A program made the translations under genes and the position numbers. Positions 49,712 to 59,063 of a stretch of DNA of 64,000 bases are shown in pieces (within the stretch, counting starts at the first letter, position 1; each line of letters opens with the position of its first letter). A model generated the notes under the pieces. The model made no database searches, was not told where the DNA came from, and saw only the letters and a program-made list of their open reading frames with translations. This DNA is from Candidatus Peribacteria bacterium (GTDB lineage: Bacteria > Patescibacteriota > Gracilibacteria > Peribacterales > Peribacteraceae), in NCBI GenBank assembly GCA_041691135.1, contig JBEPVF010000002.1, positions 128,001 to 192,000 on the forward strand, written 5' to 3'.

Positions 49712-49747
49712 GATGATAAAAAGGAAAATGGATAGAAGAAGAAAAAA

Positions 49748-50074
49748 TTACTGAAGAGTTTTCAAATATTTTTCGAGTGAATCGAGACGGTCGTCCCACA
49801 ACTTCTGATACTCGGTCAGAAAATCTGCGGCAGCGACCACCGCCTGTGGCGCCATCTTCACCATCTGTTCCTTCCCCTGCCGGCGCTTGATCACCAGTTT
49901 CGCCCGCTCCAGCACCTGCAAGTGTTTGGAAATTGCTGCGAAGGTCAGCTTGTACGCTTTACTGATATCGCTGATCGACAGCTCTTTTTGCGCCACCCGT
50001 CGCAGAATGTCGCGACGCGTAGGATCGGCCAGGGATCCAAAGACCAGATCAAGATTGAGAGTAAGTTCAACCAT
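49748..50074 (-). CDS. ArsR/SmtB-family regulator
   Basis: FGSLADPTRRDIL...AISKHLQVLERAKLV...G. Confidence 0.93.
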   Translation of the reverse strand: MVELTLNLDLVFGSLADPTRRDILRRVAQKELSISDISKAYKLTFAAISKHLQVLERAKLVIKRRQGKEQMVKMAPQAVVAAADFLTEYQKLWDDRLDSLEKYLKTLQ

Positions 50075-50201
50075 TTGGTTGAATGATAGTTTGTACTCCC
50101 TGCGCCGTCAAATGTTTTTATTTCTTTCATAAAAATCCTTCATAGACCGTACCCAAACAAAAAATTTGACTACGTCTCGCCCCCCTCTACAGTACCCGCC
50201 T

Positions 50202-50429
50202 ATGGCTCGTGAAAAACCTCCCATCAAGATATCATCTGCTACCGAGCGTGAATTTGGTACCACACCTGTCGGAGCAACTCGTGGCGAAAGAATTAACGCA
50301 TCGCGTGGTCCTAATTATTGCCATCATGAATGGGTAACGCCTCAGATTAAAGATGTCGGTTACGAAGTATACAATCTATGTAAACACTGTCTTATGCCTC
50401 AGGATCTGCCAAAGGAAAAAAGTAAATAA
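50202..50429 (+). CDS. Small protein with possible Zn-binding motif
   Basis: CHHEW...CKHC; TTGACT-16-TACAGT promoter just upstream. Confidence 0.55.
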   Translation: MAREKPPIKISSATEREFGTTPVGATRGERINASRGPNYCHHEWVTPQIKDVGYEVYNLCKHCLMPQDLPKEKSK

Positions 50430-50438
50430 TGGAATTAT

Positions 50439-50975
50439 TCACCCTACGATCTTCATAATCGTATTCCAGTTCCTCGTCGTCACATTTTTGCCGAACTCCT
50501 TCTCTATTATTTTCATCGCATCGGGCGTGTGGACATCCGGCGAAAGCGTGAGGACGCTGCAGATGTCTTTTCCACGCACTTGCAGAATCTCGAAACTCTT
50601 GTCGGGCGAGACATAGGGGATCTTGAGTTTGCTCGCAGGCTTTTCCGGCAGCAGGGAAATATACAGCCGTACCTGCGGCGTCACGCGGATTTTTTTGAAT
50701 GGTTCGCCATCGGCCAAATCTTTGAGTTCATCGACCGTTCGTACGATAACGCTGATGTGACGATCATATTTTTTTTCTAACTGCTGCTCGATTGTTTTTG
50801 ACGCAACTTTTTTTGCCGCATCGAACAGTACGTTACCACTGGCGAGAAGCGTCTTCACATTCGTAAATCCCATCGACTCGAATGCCTGCTTCAAATCAGA
50901 CATCTTGATTAAGTTGTTCCCACCGACGTTGATACCACGGAGAAAAGCAGCATGCGGAATATGAGCCTTATTCAT
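50439..50975 (-). CDS. DUF1697 family protein
   Basis: FLRGINVGG...M.DL...GF.NV.T..ASGNV and TTRNWNT. Confidence 0.92.
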   Translation of the reverse strand: MNKAHIPHAAFLRGINVGGNNLIKMSDLKQAFESMGFTNVKTLLASGNVLFDAAKKVASKTIEQQLEKKYDRHISVIVRTVDELKDLADGEPFKKIRVTPQVRLYISLLPEKPASKLKIPYVSPDKSFEILQVRGKDICSVLTLSPDVHTPDAMKIIEKEFGKNVTTRNWNTIMKIVG

Positions 50976-50997
50976 GCGCGAATTATACGCCATACGG

Positions 50998-51198
50998 CTA
51001 CCACTCCGTTACCTCATTGTCGATCACCGTATTGCTGACGCCACCTCCGTTGCCGATCGGCGCATTGATCGTGTTTCCCTGAATGATGTTGCCGCTGGAT
51101 CCGCCGTACGTCCGGATCGAAATGGCACCGGCTGGAACATGGATTTTATTCTCGGTACAGATTGTATTACTCCCTTCTAAGAAGATACCGATTCTCAA
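50998..51198 (-). pseudogene. Possible fragment of a beta-helix repeat protein
   Basis: GIFLEGSN...GNIIQGNTI...NTVIDN pattern in only 66 codons. Confidence 0.4.
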
Positions 51199-51274
51199 TG
51201 ATCCTGAACTACAAAAAATGTCTAATCAAAGCCAAAAAAGTTGAGCAGCGCTCAAGCGAAGAAAATCAATGCTG

Positions 51275-53839
51275 TTACCGAATTCGATACTCCACCACAT
51301 GTGAATAAGAGGCGAAGAAGATGGAGTTTCCCCACAGCGCAAATCCACCGGTGACTCCCGGCGCATACGTTGCTTTCAGACTCACCTGGTAGGTTGCCGG
51401 GTCGATAGTGAAGATACCTCCTGACGTAAGACCGTAAAAAAGTCCGTCCGGTCCCAGAGCGATTGAGTTGATGAGAATAGTAAATGGAACGTCTGCTGTG
51501 TGTATTACCGTTTTTGTCTGCGGGTCGAAGACGAAAAATGTTGTTCCTGCAAAACCAATGATGTGTCCGTCCGGCGTCGTGGCAAGATCGGTAATGCTGA
51601 TCTGATGTGGGACGGGAAGAACATCGAAAGTCAGCTGATGATTGATCGGATCCCAGCCGAATAAATGGGCGCCCGTCGCCGTGGATACGCTTCCACCTCC
51701 GCCACGCACGTCTGTTCCCCCGACTATCAGCGTATTCAAAGCGGTTAACGAGATAACACTCTGATTAGGAATCACCTGAGTGGCGCTCGTCTCCTTTTGG
51801 GTTTGTGGATCGATTTCGGTCAGGTAACCGCCAAGCTTCCCATACTCTGGCACCGACCCAACAAATATTCTGTCACTTGCCGCGATCATGGCCATGGGAC
51901 GCCAGGTATGCGTTGTCACCTCCGGAAGGACAGGAAGAATGTAAGGGTTGGAATCCGCTTTGCTACCCGGCGCATAAGATAGAGACGGATCATAGGCTAG
52001 CATATTCGCCAGAGCGCTATAGGAAGCGATATAGAGAAATTTATTGTAGGTCAAAAAAGAATACGTTTCCCCGGCTCCGATTGGGCTCACATCCGTATCA
52101 ATACGCACTCCTCCGCTGCCGGTTGCAGAGGGGTCAAAGCGCACGAGATTCATGGGCAATTCTGAACTGCCATAGATCTTATTATCCGGACCCCAGACTA
52201 AGCGAAAAACAATTAAATCCTTTCCTGGATACGCGTAGGAATGTGTGACATCGCCGTTTGTAGCGGTATGAAGGACGATTTTTCCGTCGACAGTACTCTT
52301 GATCCTTCTTCCATCCTGTAGCAAAACCGCCGGATGCTGCAGAGTGTTTGGGACACTACTTGTTGCGACGGGTATTGCATTCCAACCGTTAAGGTGCAGC
52401 CAATAGACACTGCCTGTCGACGTGCCCACACTTGCGTACACGCTGCCGTCAGGGCCTTGCGTTTCATGGATGTTAAACGTTGCTATTTTGGAGGTATCAG
52501 TCAGGAGTTCGCGATGCTCCCCCGTCGCGATATTATACGCAACGAGATTCGTATGTACGCTGCCGACGGTTGTATACACAAAACTGCCGCTGTCGGCTGC
52601 GATGAACCGCGCATACGATTCCGTTGCGCTCATTCTGCCCAAGTCTTCGAGCTTATTCGCAACGGGGTCGTAGCGGACCAGCTTGGCATTCGGATAGGTG
52701 CAACCGTAGATCTTCCCGTCAGGACCGGCTGTCAGCTGCCATATGTATGCTTCAGTCGTACTCGGTCGTCCTATGTATTCAAGCTTCTTCGCTACCGGAT
52801 CGATACGGTACAATTCGGCTTTTCCGACCGTGCCGATATAGATTTTATGATCCGACCCGACCGTCATCGCCCATGCGCCAGCTGCGTTAGAATTCGGAAA
52901 AGTATAGACGTCATAATTGCCTGTATCCGGATCGATAGACACGACATCACCGATAGACCCTTCGTAATAATAACTCACGTATAAACGCTCAGAATCGGGC
53001 GTCGGCCCGGGTCCGATGATCTGTGCCAGTGTGCCACCTTTGCCTTTGTAGTCGCCAATATCGGTGAAGCTGCCGGCCGGCCTGTCTGGTAACTGTGGCG
53101 GCGGAATTTTACATTCCATAGTGCAAATTTCTGAGCCGCTCCCATTGAGCGATCCTGCATCGCACTCTTCTGTGCCCGCCTTCCATCCATCGCCGCAAAC
53201 GGGAGCCGGATGAAGATTGATGGTTGCCTGTGGATCGTTGATGATGAGCACATACAGTGCAGACGGTTCCAGAAGAACACCACCACTGCCATCATCTGTC
53301 GAATGGAAATGCATGCCATTTCTCTCTTCAAAAGTGATCAGTCCGTTCCCATGAGCGGAATCTTCGCCTCGCGCTTTGGTCGACGCAAAAAATTTGCCAC
53401 TTGGGAATTTCTGGAGAAAAGAAGATGCTCCTCTGTGCTGAATTTCCTGCGTCGCATTCGCATCCGAATATTGATAACCGAAATAATTGGTGTGCTGACC
53501 AAAGGCAACGTCAAACGGAATAGCTGTGAAGGTACTGGGCGTGTGCACTAAATACATTTTGTTGGCGACGAGTGTCTGCGTGTCTTGATCCGAAAAATCT
53601 ACACTGATGACATCCACTCCTCCGGAGGTACCAACTTTGGTGAGGGAGCCGGTAAGCCATGGATTCTGCGCCGAGCGCAAAGAGACCGAATTTTTCGACC
53701 AAAAAAAGGTCAACAATACAGCAATACAAAATACGATGACTACCGCGATGACTGAGCGCTTAAAGGAGGATGCATGGAGCATCGAACGGGGTGTTGGTAT
53801 GAATCTGGACAGTATACAGGAAAACAGTGATTTTTTCAA
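51275..53839 (-). CDS. Membrane-anchored beta-propeller protein with a Myxococcus-type Cys-rich repeat
   Basis: N-terminal TM; VCGDG...EECDAG...C...C; repeated GPDGKIYG...YDP blades; start codon uncertain (TTG). Confidence 0.8.
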   Translation of the reverse strand: MKKSLFSCILSRFIPTPRSMLHASSFKRSVIAVVIVFCIAVLLTFFWSKNSVSLRSAQNPWLTGSLTKVGTSGGVDVISVDFSDQDTQTLVANKMYLVHTPSTFTAIPFDVAFGQHTNYFGYQYSDANATQEIQHRGASSFLQKFPSGKFFASTKARGEDSAHGNGLITFEERNGMHFHSTDDGSGGVLLEPSALYVLIINDPQATINLHPAPVCGDGWKAGTEECDAGSLNGSGSEICTMECKIPPPQLPDRPAGSFTDIGDYKGKGGTLAQIIGPGPTPDSERLYVSYYYEGSIGDVVSIDPDTGNYDVYTFPNSNAAGAWAMTVGSDHKIYIGTVGKAELYRIDPVAKKLEYIGRPSTTEAYIWQLTAGPDGKIYGCTYPNAKLVRYDPVANKLEDLGRMSATESYARFIAADSGSFVYTTVGSVHTNLVAYNIATGEHRELLTDTSKIATFNIHETQGPDGSVYASVGTSTGSVYWLHLNGWNAIPVATSSVPNTLQHPAVLLQDGRRIKSTVDGKIVLHTATNGDVTHSYAYPGKDLIVFRLVWGPDNKIYGSSELPMNLVRFDPSATGSGGVRIDTDVSPIGAGETYSFLTYNKFLYIASYSALANMLAYDPSLSYAPGSKADSNPYILPVLPEVTTHTWRPMAMIAASDRIFVGSVPEYGKLGGYLTEIDPQTQKETSATQVIPNQSVISLTALNTLIVGGTDVRGGGGSVSTATGAHLFGWDPINHQLTFDVLPVPHQISITDLATTPDGHIIGFAGTTFFVFDPQTKTVIHTADVPFTILINSIALGPDGLFYGLTSGGIFTIDPATYQVSLKATYAPGVTGGFALWGNSIFFASYSHVVEYRIR

Positions 53840-53916
53840 TCATCCTGACACTGATAAAATGGCTTTCCATAGCCTAAAATAAGCAAAATTAGCTCTGAGT
53901 TAAGACCGTTCTGTGC

Positions 53917-54510
53917 CTATGTCTGCGACCGCGCTGCTTTGAGCGCCTTGGCCCACCATACCAGCTGCGTGAGCATCTTGGTCGCATGATCATGAAGACC
54001 GGCTTCGGTCTCGGCATTCCATTGGGCTTTGCCTGATGCGATAGGAGACATCACGCTGCCCGGAATGTGAATAGCATTGCGAATGGGTGCCATCTGCAAT
54101 TCGACAGCCGTTTGGCGCAATTGCTCCACCGCCCGCGCACCGCCGACGCTGCCATAACTCACGAAACCGACTGTCTTGTTATTCCACTCGCCGTAGATCG
54201 AGTCGAGCGCGTTCTTGAGCACACCGGACGGACCGTGATTATATTCCGGTGATACAATGACGTACGCATCTGCCTCACCGATTTTTTTCGCCCACGCGTT
54301 GACGACATCGTGTCCGTAGTTGCCGTCCTTCACCATCGACGGAGGCATCGGCTGATCGAAAAACGGCAGCTGATAATCACGCAGATCCAAAAGTTCCGCC
54401 TCGATGCCATCAAGCTTTTTTACCTCCTCGAAAATCCAATGCGCCGGTTTGTCGCCGAACCTGTTTGGTCGCGTGCTGCCGATGATGATCTTGAAGTGGA
54501 GAGGTGTCAT
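53917..54510 (-). CDS. NADPH-dependent FMN reductase
   Basis: IIGSTRPNR, SPEYNHG.SGVLKNALD, SYGSVGGARA. Confidence 0.95.
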   Translation of the reverse strand: MTPLHFKIIIGSTRPNRFGDKPAHWIFEEVKKLDGIEAELLDLRDYQLPFFDQPMPPSMVKDGNYGHDVVNAWAKKIGEADAYVIVSPEYNHGPSGVLKNALDSIYGEWNNKTVGFVSYGSVGGARAVEQLRQTAVELQMAPIRNAIHIPGSVMSPIASGKAQWNAETEAGLHDHATKMLTQLVWWAKALKAARSQT

Positions 54511-54614
54511 AGACGATTAGTGTAGCAGGAGCAGAACCGCGACAGTGGAGATGACAATTTTGACGGATGAATCAATGACAAACTTACTGTTTTCTGTTAG
54601 CTTAATCGTCTCGC

Positions 54615-55490
54615 ATGACAGTCACGGACAATACTCCACTGGCAGTTGATCTCCTCGCTCCGACTCTCCGCATGGGAAGTGTCGCATTGAACGTACGAGA
54701 TATGACCGAGATGAAGAAGTTCTACACCGAGGTAATCGGAATGGCTGTGTTGCACGAAAACGGCTTGGTTGTGACCCTCGGCATCCGAGGAACACCGCTC
54801 GTCGTGCTCCATCACACCGTTGATCTTCCGGAAACATCCACCGAAGAGGCGGGGCTCTACCATCTGGCCATTCTGTTTTCGTCGCGCAGCGAACTGGCGC
54901 ACACAGTTGAACGCGTGCTGGAGCAAGCGCCGCATCTCTATTCCGGTTCGGCGGATCACCTGGTGAGCGAAGCATTCTATTTATCTGACGCCGAAGGCAA
55001 CGGCATCGAACTCTACTACGATCGCGATCCGACTACGTGGCAGTGGCAGAACGGACTCGTGCAGATGGATGCGATTTACATGTCGCCGCAAGAGTACATT
55101 CGACAATACAAAGATGAGCAATCTGCTGACGGTACGGTGACGATGGGTCACGTGCATTTGAAAATCGGCAACATCGAACAGGCGCATGTGTTTTATATCG
55201 ACACCATCGGCTTCAATCTGAGTGCCTGGTTGCCACATGCGCTTTTTGCATCGGTGAATCGGTACCATCATCATCTGGGCATGAACACCTGGAATAGCCG
55301 CGATACCGGAAAGCGCGGCGACACGCTGGGACTCAGACATTTTGAAATTATTCTGCCCCGGAAGGAACGCCTGACTGCATTGAAGGATCGCCTCGGTGCG
55401 GCGGCCATTGCGACCGACGAGTCTGGTGATGGGTTGTGTTTTGCGGACCCGTGGAATAATCGAATAGTCGCGACAGTGCACAACGACTGA
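54615..55490 (+). CDS. VOC family dioxygenase (CatE-like)
   Basis: GLYHLAIL, ADHLVSEAFYL.D.EGNGIELY.DR, GHVHL, YHHHLG.NTW. Confidence 0.92.
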   Translation: MTVTDNTPLAVDLLAPTLRMGSVALNVRDMTEMKKFYTEVIGMAVLHENGLVVTLGIRGTPLVVLHHTVDLPETSTEEAGLYHLAILFSSRSELAHTVERVLEQAPHLYSGSADHLVSEAFYLSDAEGNGIELYYDRDPTTWQWQNGLVQMDAIYMSPQEYIRQYKDEQSADGTVTMGHVHLKIGNIEQAHVFYIDTIGFNLSAWLPHALFASVNRYHHHLGMNTWNSRDTGKRGDTLGLRHFEIILPRKERLTALKDRLGAAAIATDESGDGLCFADPWNNRIVATVHND

Positions 55491-55512
55491 GTCTGCTGGT
55501 ACTCTTGTGTCT

Positions 55513-56082
55513 ATGAATCCCTCCCGACTCGAAGCCTTCAGTGACGGCGTGATCGCCGTCATTATCACCATAATGGTGTTGGAAATAAAAATGCCACACG
55601 GCGCCGATATTCTGGCACTGCAGCCGTTGGTTCCGGCGTTCTTCGGTTACGTTCTCAGTTTCGTCATCATCGGCATCTATTGGAACAACCACCACCACTT
55701 GCTCCACGCGGCCAAGCACATCGATGGCCGGATCATGTGGGCCAACTTGCATCTGCTTTTTTGGCTCTCATTACTGCCTTTTTTGACCGGCTGGCTGGGC
55801 GAATATCCGGCCGCACCATGGCCGACAATGCTCTACGGAGTCGGGTTACTACTGTGTGCTATTTCCTACACCTTGCTTCAAACATCCATCGTCGCGTTAC
55901 ATGGCAAAGATTCCGACCTTGCAAAAGCATTGGGTGGCGACTTGAAGGGAAAGCTCTCGATCATTCTGTACGCGACGGCAATCATATTGGCTTTTTCACT
56001 GCCGTGGATATCGTATGTACTGTACGTTGCGGTCGCGCTGATGTGGTTCATTCCCGACCGGCGCATAGAGAACCAGGGATAA
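55513..56082 (+). CDS. TMEM175 (DUF1211) potassium channel
   Basis: RLEAFSDGVIAVIITIMVLE, YW.NHHH. Confidence 0.95.
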   Translation: MNPSRLEAFSDGVIAVIITIMVLEIKMPHGADILALQPLVPAFFGYVLSFVIIGIYWNNHHHLLHAAKHIDGRIMWANLHLLFWLSLLPFLTGWLGEYPAAPWPTMLYGVGLLLCAISYTLLQTSIVALHGKDSDLAKALGGDLKGKLSIILYATAIILAFSLPWISYVLYVAVALMWFIPDRRIENQG

Positions 56083-56090
56083 TGAATGGC

Positions 56091-56672
56091 CTACGGATGC
56101 AGCACCTCACTTTTCGCAAGCATTTCGACAAACATCTTGATCCGCTTTTCGCGCGTTTCGGGTTTTTTTGCCGTCTGTAAACGATAGACGATTGCATACA
56201 GATTCTGCTTGTTGAGTGTCTCGAAAAACGATTTCGCTTTTTTATTCTTTTCCAGCACCTTCAAAAAATCCGCCGGGATCTCCATGGTGCTATGCGAATC
56301 GTAGGCGCGTTGCCAGCGGCCGTCTTTTTTTGCCAATGTCACTTCTTGCAGCCCTGATGCCTGCATTCGCCCGACTTTGATCAGTCGCTGCACATGCTGT
56401 GTATTGCGCTTCGACCAAGCGCTCTTGGCACGCCGCGGCGTGAAGCGTTGCAGCCACGATGCATCGTCATACGGCTGCTTCTGTCCATCGATCCAGCCGT
56501 AACACAACGCCACATCGAGTGCTTCGTCGTAGGTGACGGATCGCTCGCCGGAATTCTTTTTACTCAGTCGCAGCCACAAACCTTTCTCTTTTTCATAATG
56601 CGCCGCCAGCCACTTTTCCCACGCGGCAGACGTGGCGAAGTGGCGGATGGGAAGATCGGTGGGATGAGCCAT
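56091..56672 (-). CDS. YdeI/OmpD-associated family protein
   Basis: ALCYGWIDG...FTPRR..S.WS..N...AKKPETREKRI. Confidence 0.93.
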   Translation of the reverse strand: MAHPTDLPIRHFATSAAWEKWLAAHYEKEKGLWLRLSKKNSGERSVTYDEALDVALCYGWIDGQKQPYDDASWLQRFTPRRAKSAWSKRNTQHVQRLIKVGRMQASGLQEVTLAKKDGRWQRAYDSHSTMEIPADFLKVLEKNKKAKSFFETLNKQNLYAIVYRLQTAKKPETREKRIKMFVEMLAKSEVLHP

Positions 56673-56814
56673 AGAGATAGAGTGTACATTGTTGATAATG
56701 AACAATTATTGTATACAAAATTCAAAAGAAGATCTTTGTCCTTCTCAATAGCGAAATATACCGATCATCCTGCACATTTCTATACGCTTTTACCGACCTG
56801 TGTTTAGCTATGGT

Positions 56815-58635
56815 ATGGCCAGCATTTCTTTTCGGGAAAGCGACACCATTTTGGACAATCAATTTCTGGAGTACGCCCAAGGAGGACCATCGTGCCTGTC
56901 AGAAGTTATCGACCGTTATCAACGAGAAATAATCGCAAGTATCAGAAATACAACAAGGGACTACAGCGTCGCGGAAGACATAGCGCAGGATGTTTTCTTT
57001 TTTTTACATCAACAACCGGAAACATATCGGGGACCTCATCTTAAACCATGGCTCCATCATATTGCGCACCAAAGAGCAGTCCATTATATGGTGCAGAAAA
57101 AAAGACGAAGGCAAGTGCGACCTGAAGATATAGAGCGATGGCATGCACGCGGCAGAGCCACATTGGCTCCGTACACACACTGTGACGAAGGCAATATTCC
57201 ATTTGAAATGGTCATCGATAATCGTGAGCCTGAACCCTACGACGCATTGATGCGGAATGATTATCAAATGATCATTCAGGAAGTCCTCCAAACCACTTCG
57301 ACTATTCAGCGCGAAATTTTTCAGCTCTATTACACTGGAAATTTTACACATCCCGAAATTGCAGAACGTGTGGACGCGTCTGTCAACGGAGTAAGAAGTA
57401 CTATATTCAGAACATCTGAACGCATACGAAAACTCATTGCAGATCGAGAAAGTGAAAAGGGGGAATTCACTTATACGGATGCTACTGATGCGGAACTATC
57501 CATGGATGACGTGGCACGAGATTGTATCCAACTAGAAACGATCTCGAAAGGAACAGCGCGTCAACGCCGCTATAGGGCAAGAATAACTGCATCAGCAGAT
57601 GCGGCTAACAACAATTCCATAGGTGAAGATGTTCCGCGTTTTAAGAAAATACCAAAATGGATGGCGGCTCTTACAGAAGAAAGTGCTACCCAGCTGTATA
57701 ATGTTCTTACTGACAAACCTTCCAAAGCCAAACTTCGCGCTTTCTTCAAACAACTTCTGGCACCGGGTGAAAATAGGAAGGAAGAAAAATTAGCTCGAAC
57801 CACTTTAAATCAAGCAGATGGCGTGCAAGCCCAACTGATCCAATTCATTCACGATCTGGGTAATTCCGAACGTGTTCTCGGTAAATTTGTTCAATCACCG
57901 AATCTCCTTAGGGCCAGAGAACAGCAAGAAATTATAATTCCCAATTTGAACACGCTTATTGTTTCGCACTTCAAACAATATCCCAAGCTGGAGTCGGAAC
58001 GCACATTATTGGATATCGGTGCATGGGACGGCCGCTTAACAAGTAGTCTTCGTGATTATTTCGGTGCTATGTATGCCGTCGAACCGAACCCACAGCGCTT
58101 CGGTGAGATGCTCAAACGAAGGACTCCAAAATTGATTCCCATACAAGCAACCGCACAACGATTGATGGAAATGGATGATATTCCTTCTCCTGATGTTATC
58201 CTCATGAGTCATTTGCTGTACTTTTTCCAAGATGAAAAAGATGACGAGCTCCTCAATTGGGCCGTAGAAAAACTTCCCCGCAAAGGACTTCTACTCACCG
58301 TCCTCAATGATCTGGTGCCAGACGGAGCAACAAGGGCGCATTTACGACGTGAGTTACACGGACGAGAGCGGAATCCGTGGCCATCGCGATACTCGGAATA
58401 TCTACAGCGCAAAGGCATGTCTGTCTCCGTAATGCGACCGAGTCTTCGATGTACAAGTACGACACCCGAAGGACTTGAGGCCACACGTGATCTCATGCGC
58501 TTTATGCTTCCGCGCGAATCGCAAGGTGAAGAATCACTGGAACAGTATGTGCAACGGTATGTCGCGAATAGAAATGGCGTTGGTCAGCATCAATTCACCC
58601 ACACGTTATACATCATGGCGGCACGCAAACAGTAG
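56815..58635 (+). CDS. ECF-like sigma70 factor fused to a class I SAM-dependent methyltransferase
   Basis: Region 2 AEDIAQDVF...WLHHIA; region 4 REIFQL...THPEIAE...GVRSTIFR; C-terminal LLDIGAWDG, AVEPN, DVILMSHLLY. Confidence 0.8.
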   Translation: MASISFRESDTILDNQFLEYAQGGPSCLSEVIDRYQREIIASIRNTTRDYSVAEDIAQDVFFFLHQQPETYRGPHLKPWLHHIAHQRAVHYMVQKKRRRQVRPEDIERWHARGRATLAPYTHCDEGNIPFEMVIDNREPEPYDALMRNDYQMIIQEVLQTTSTIQREIFQLYYTGNFTHPEIAERVDASVNGVRSTIFRTSERIRKLIADRESEKGEFTYTDATDAELSMDDVARDCIQLETISKGTARQRRYRARITASADAANNNSIGEDVPRFKKIPKWMAALTEESATQLYNVLTDKPSKAKLRAFFKQLLAPGENRKEEKLARTTLNQADGVQAQLIQFIHDLGNSERVLGKFVQSPNLLRAREQQEIIIPNLNTLIVSHFKQYPKLESERTLLDIGAWDGRLTSSLRDYFGAMYAVEPNPQRFGEMLKRRTPKLIPIQATAQRLMEMDDIPSPDVILMSHLLYFFQDEKDDELLNWAVEKLPRKGLLLTVLNDLVPDGATRAHLRRELHGRERNPWPSRYSEYLQRKGMSVSVMRPSLRCTSTTPEGLEATRDLMRFMLPRESQGEESLEQYVQRYVANRNGVGQHQFTHTLYIMAARKQ

Positions 58636-58647
58636 ATTGAAACGTGA

Positions 58648-59013
58648 TCACTTCTTCCGCTGTGCCCGCCACCGTTCTTCCATTCTGCCGATATGATCGT
58701 GATCGAAACCGAAGTAGTGGGCGATCTCGTGCCACAGAGTTTCGCGGACGAGTGACGGTATTTCTTCGGGTGATCGGGCCACACGTTCGATGGATGCGCG
58801 GTACAACGTGATCTTGTCCGGCGGTTTGCCGTTAAAATCACGACCCCACGTGGTAAGGGGGACACCTTCGTACAGTCCCAGCAGAATCCCCTTCCGATGC
58901 GGCGGCGGGTCTTCTTCGATTGCAATCAATACATCGCTTAATTTTTCGCGAAGCTGATCCGGTAGCGCATCGACTGTGTCTTTCACAATCGCTTCGTAGG
59001 TCTGATGATCCAT
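58648..59013 (-). CDS. Minimal zincin metallopeptidase (Zincin_1)
   Basis: LLGLYEGVPL...PDKITLYR...HEIAHYFG. Confidence 0.92.
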   Translation of the reverse strand: MDHQTYEAIVKDTVDALPDQLREKLSDVLIAIEEDPPPHRKGILLGLYEGVPLTTWGRDFNGKPPDKITLYRASIERVARSPEEIPSLVRETLWHEIAHYFGFDHDHIGRMEERWRAQRKK

Positions 59014-59063
59014 GCGCCCAGACTACACCGCAACGAGCGCGACCGAAAATTGTTGCCATACTT

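Noticed and set aside
16779-58635. Integron with cassette array (many small stress genes after an integrase)
   Set aside because: The recombinase lacks the IntI-specific insertion, genes lie on both strands with their own promoters, and I found no recurring attC (RYYYAAC...GTTRRRY) structures
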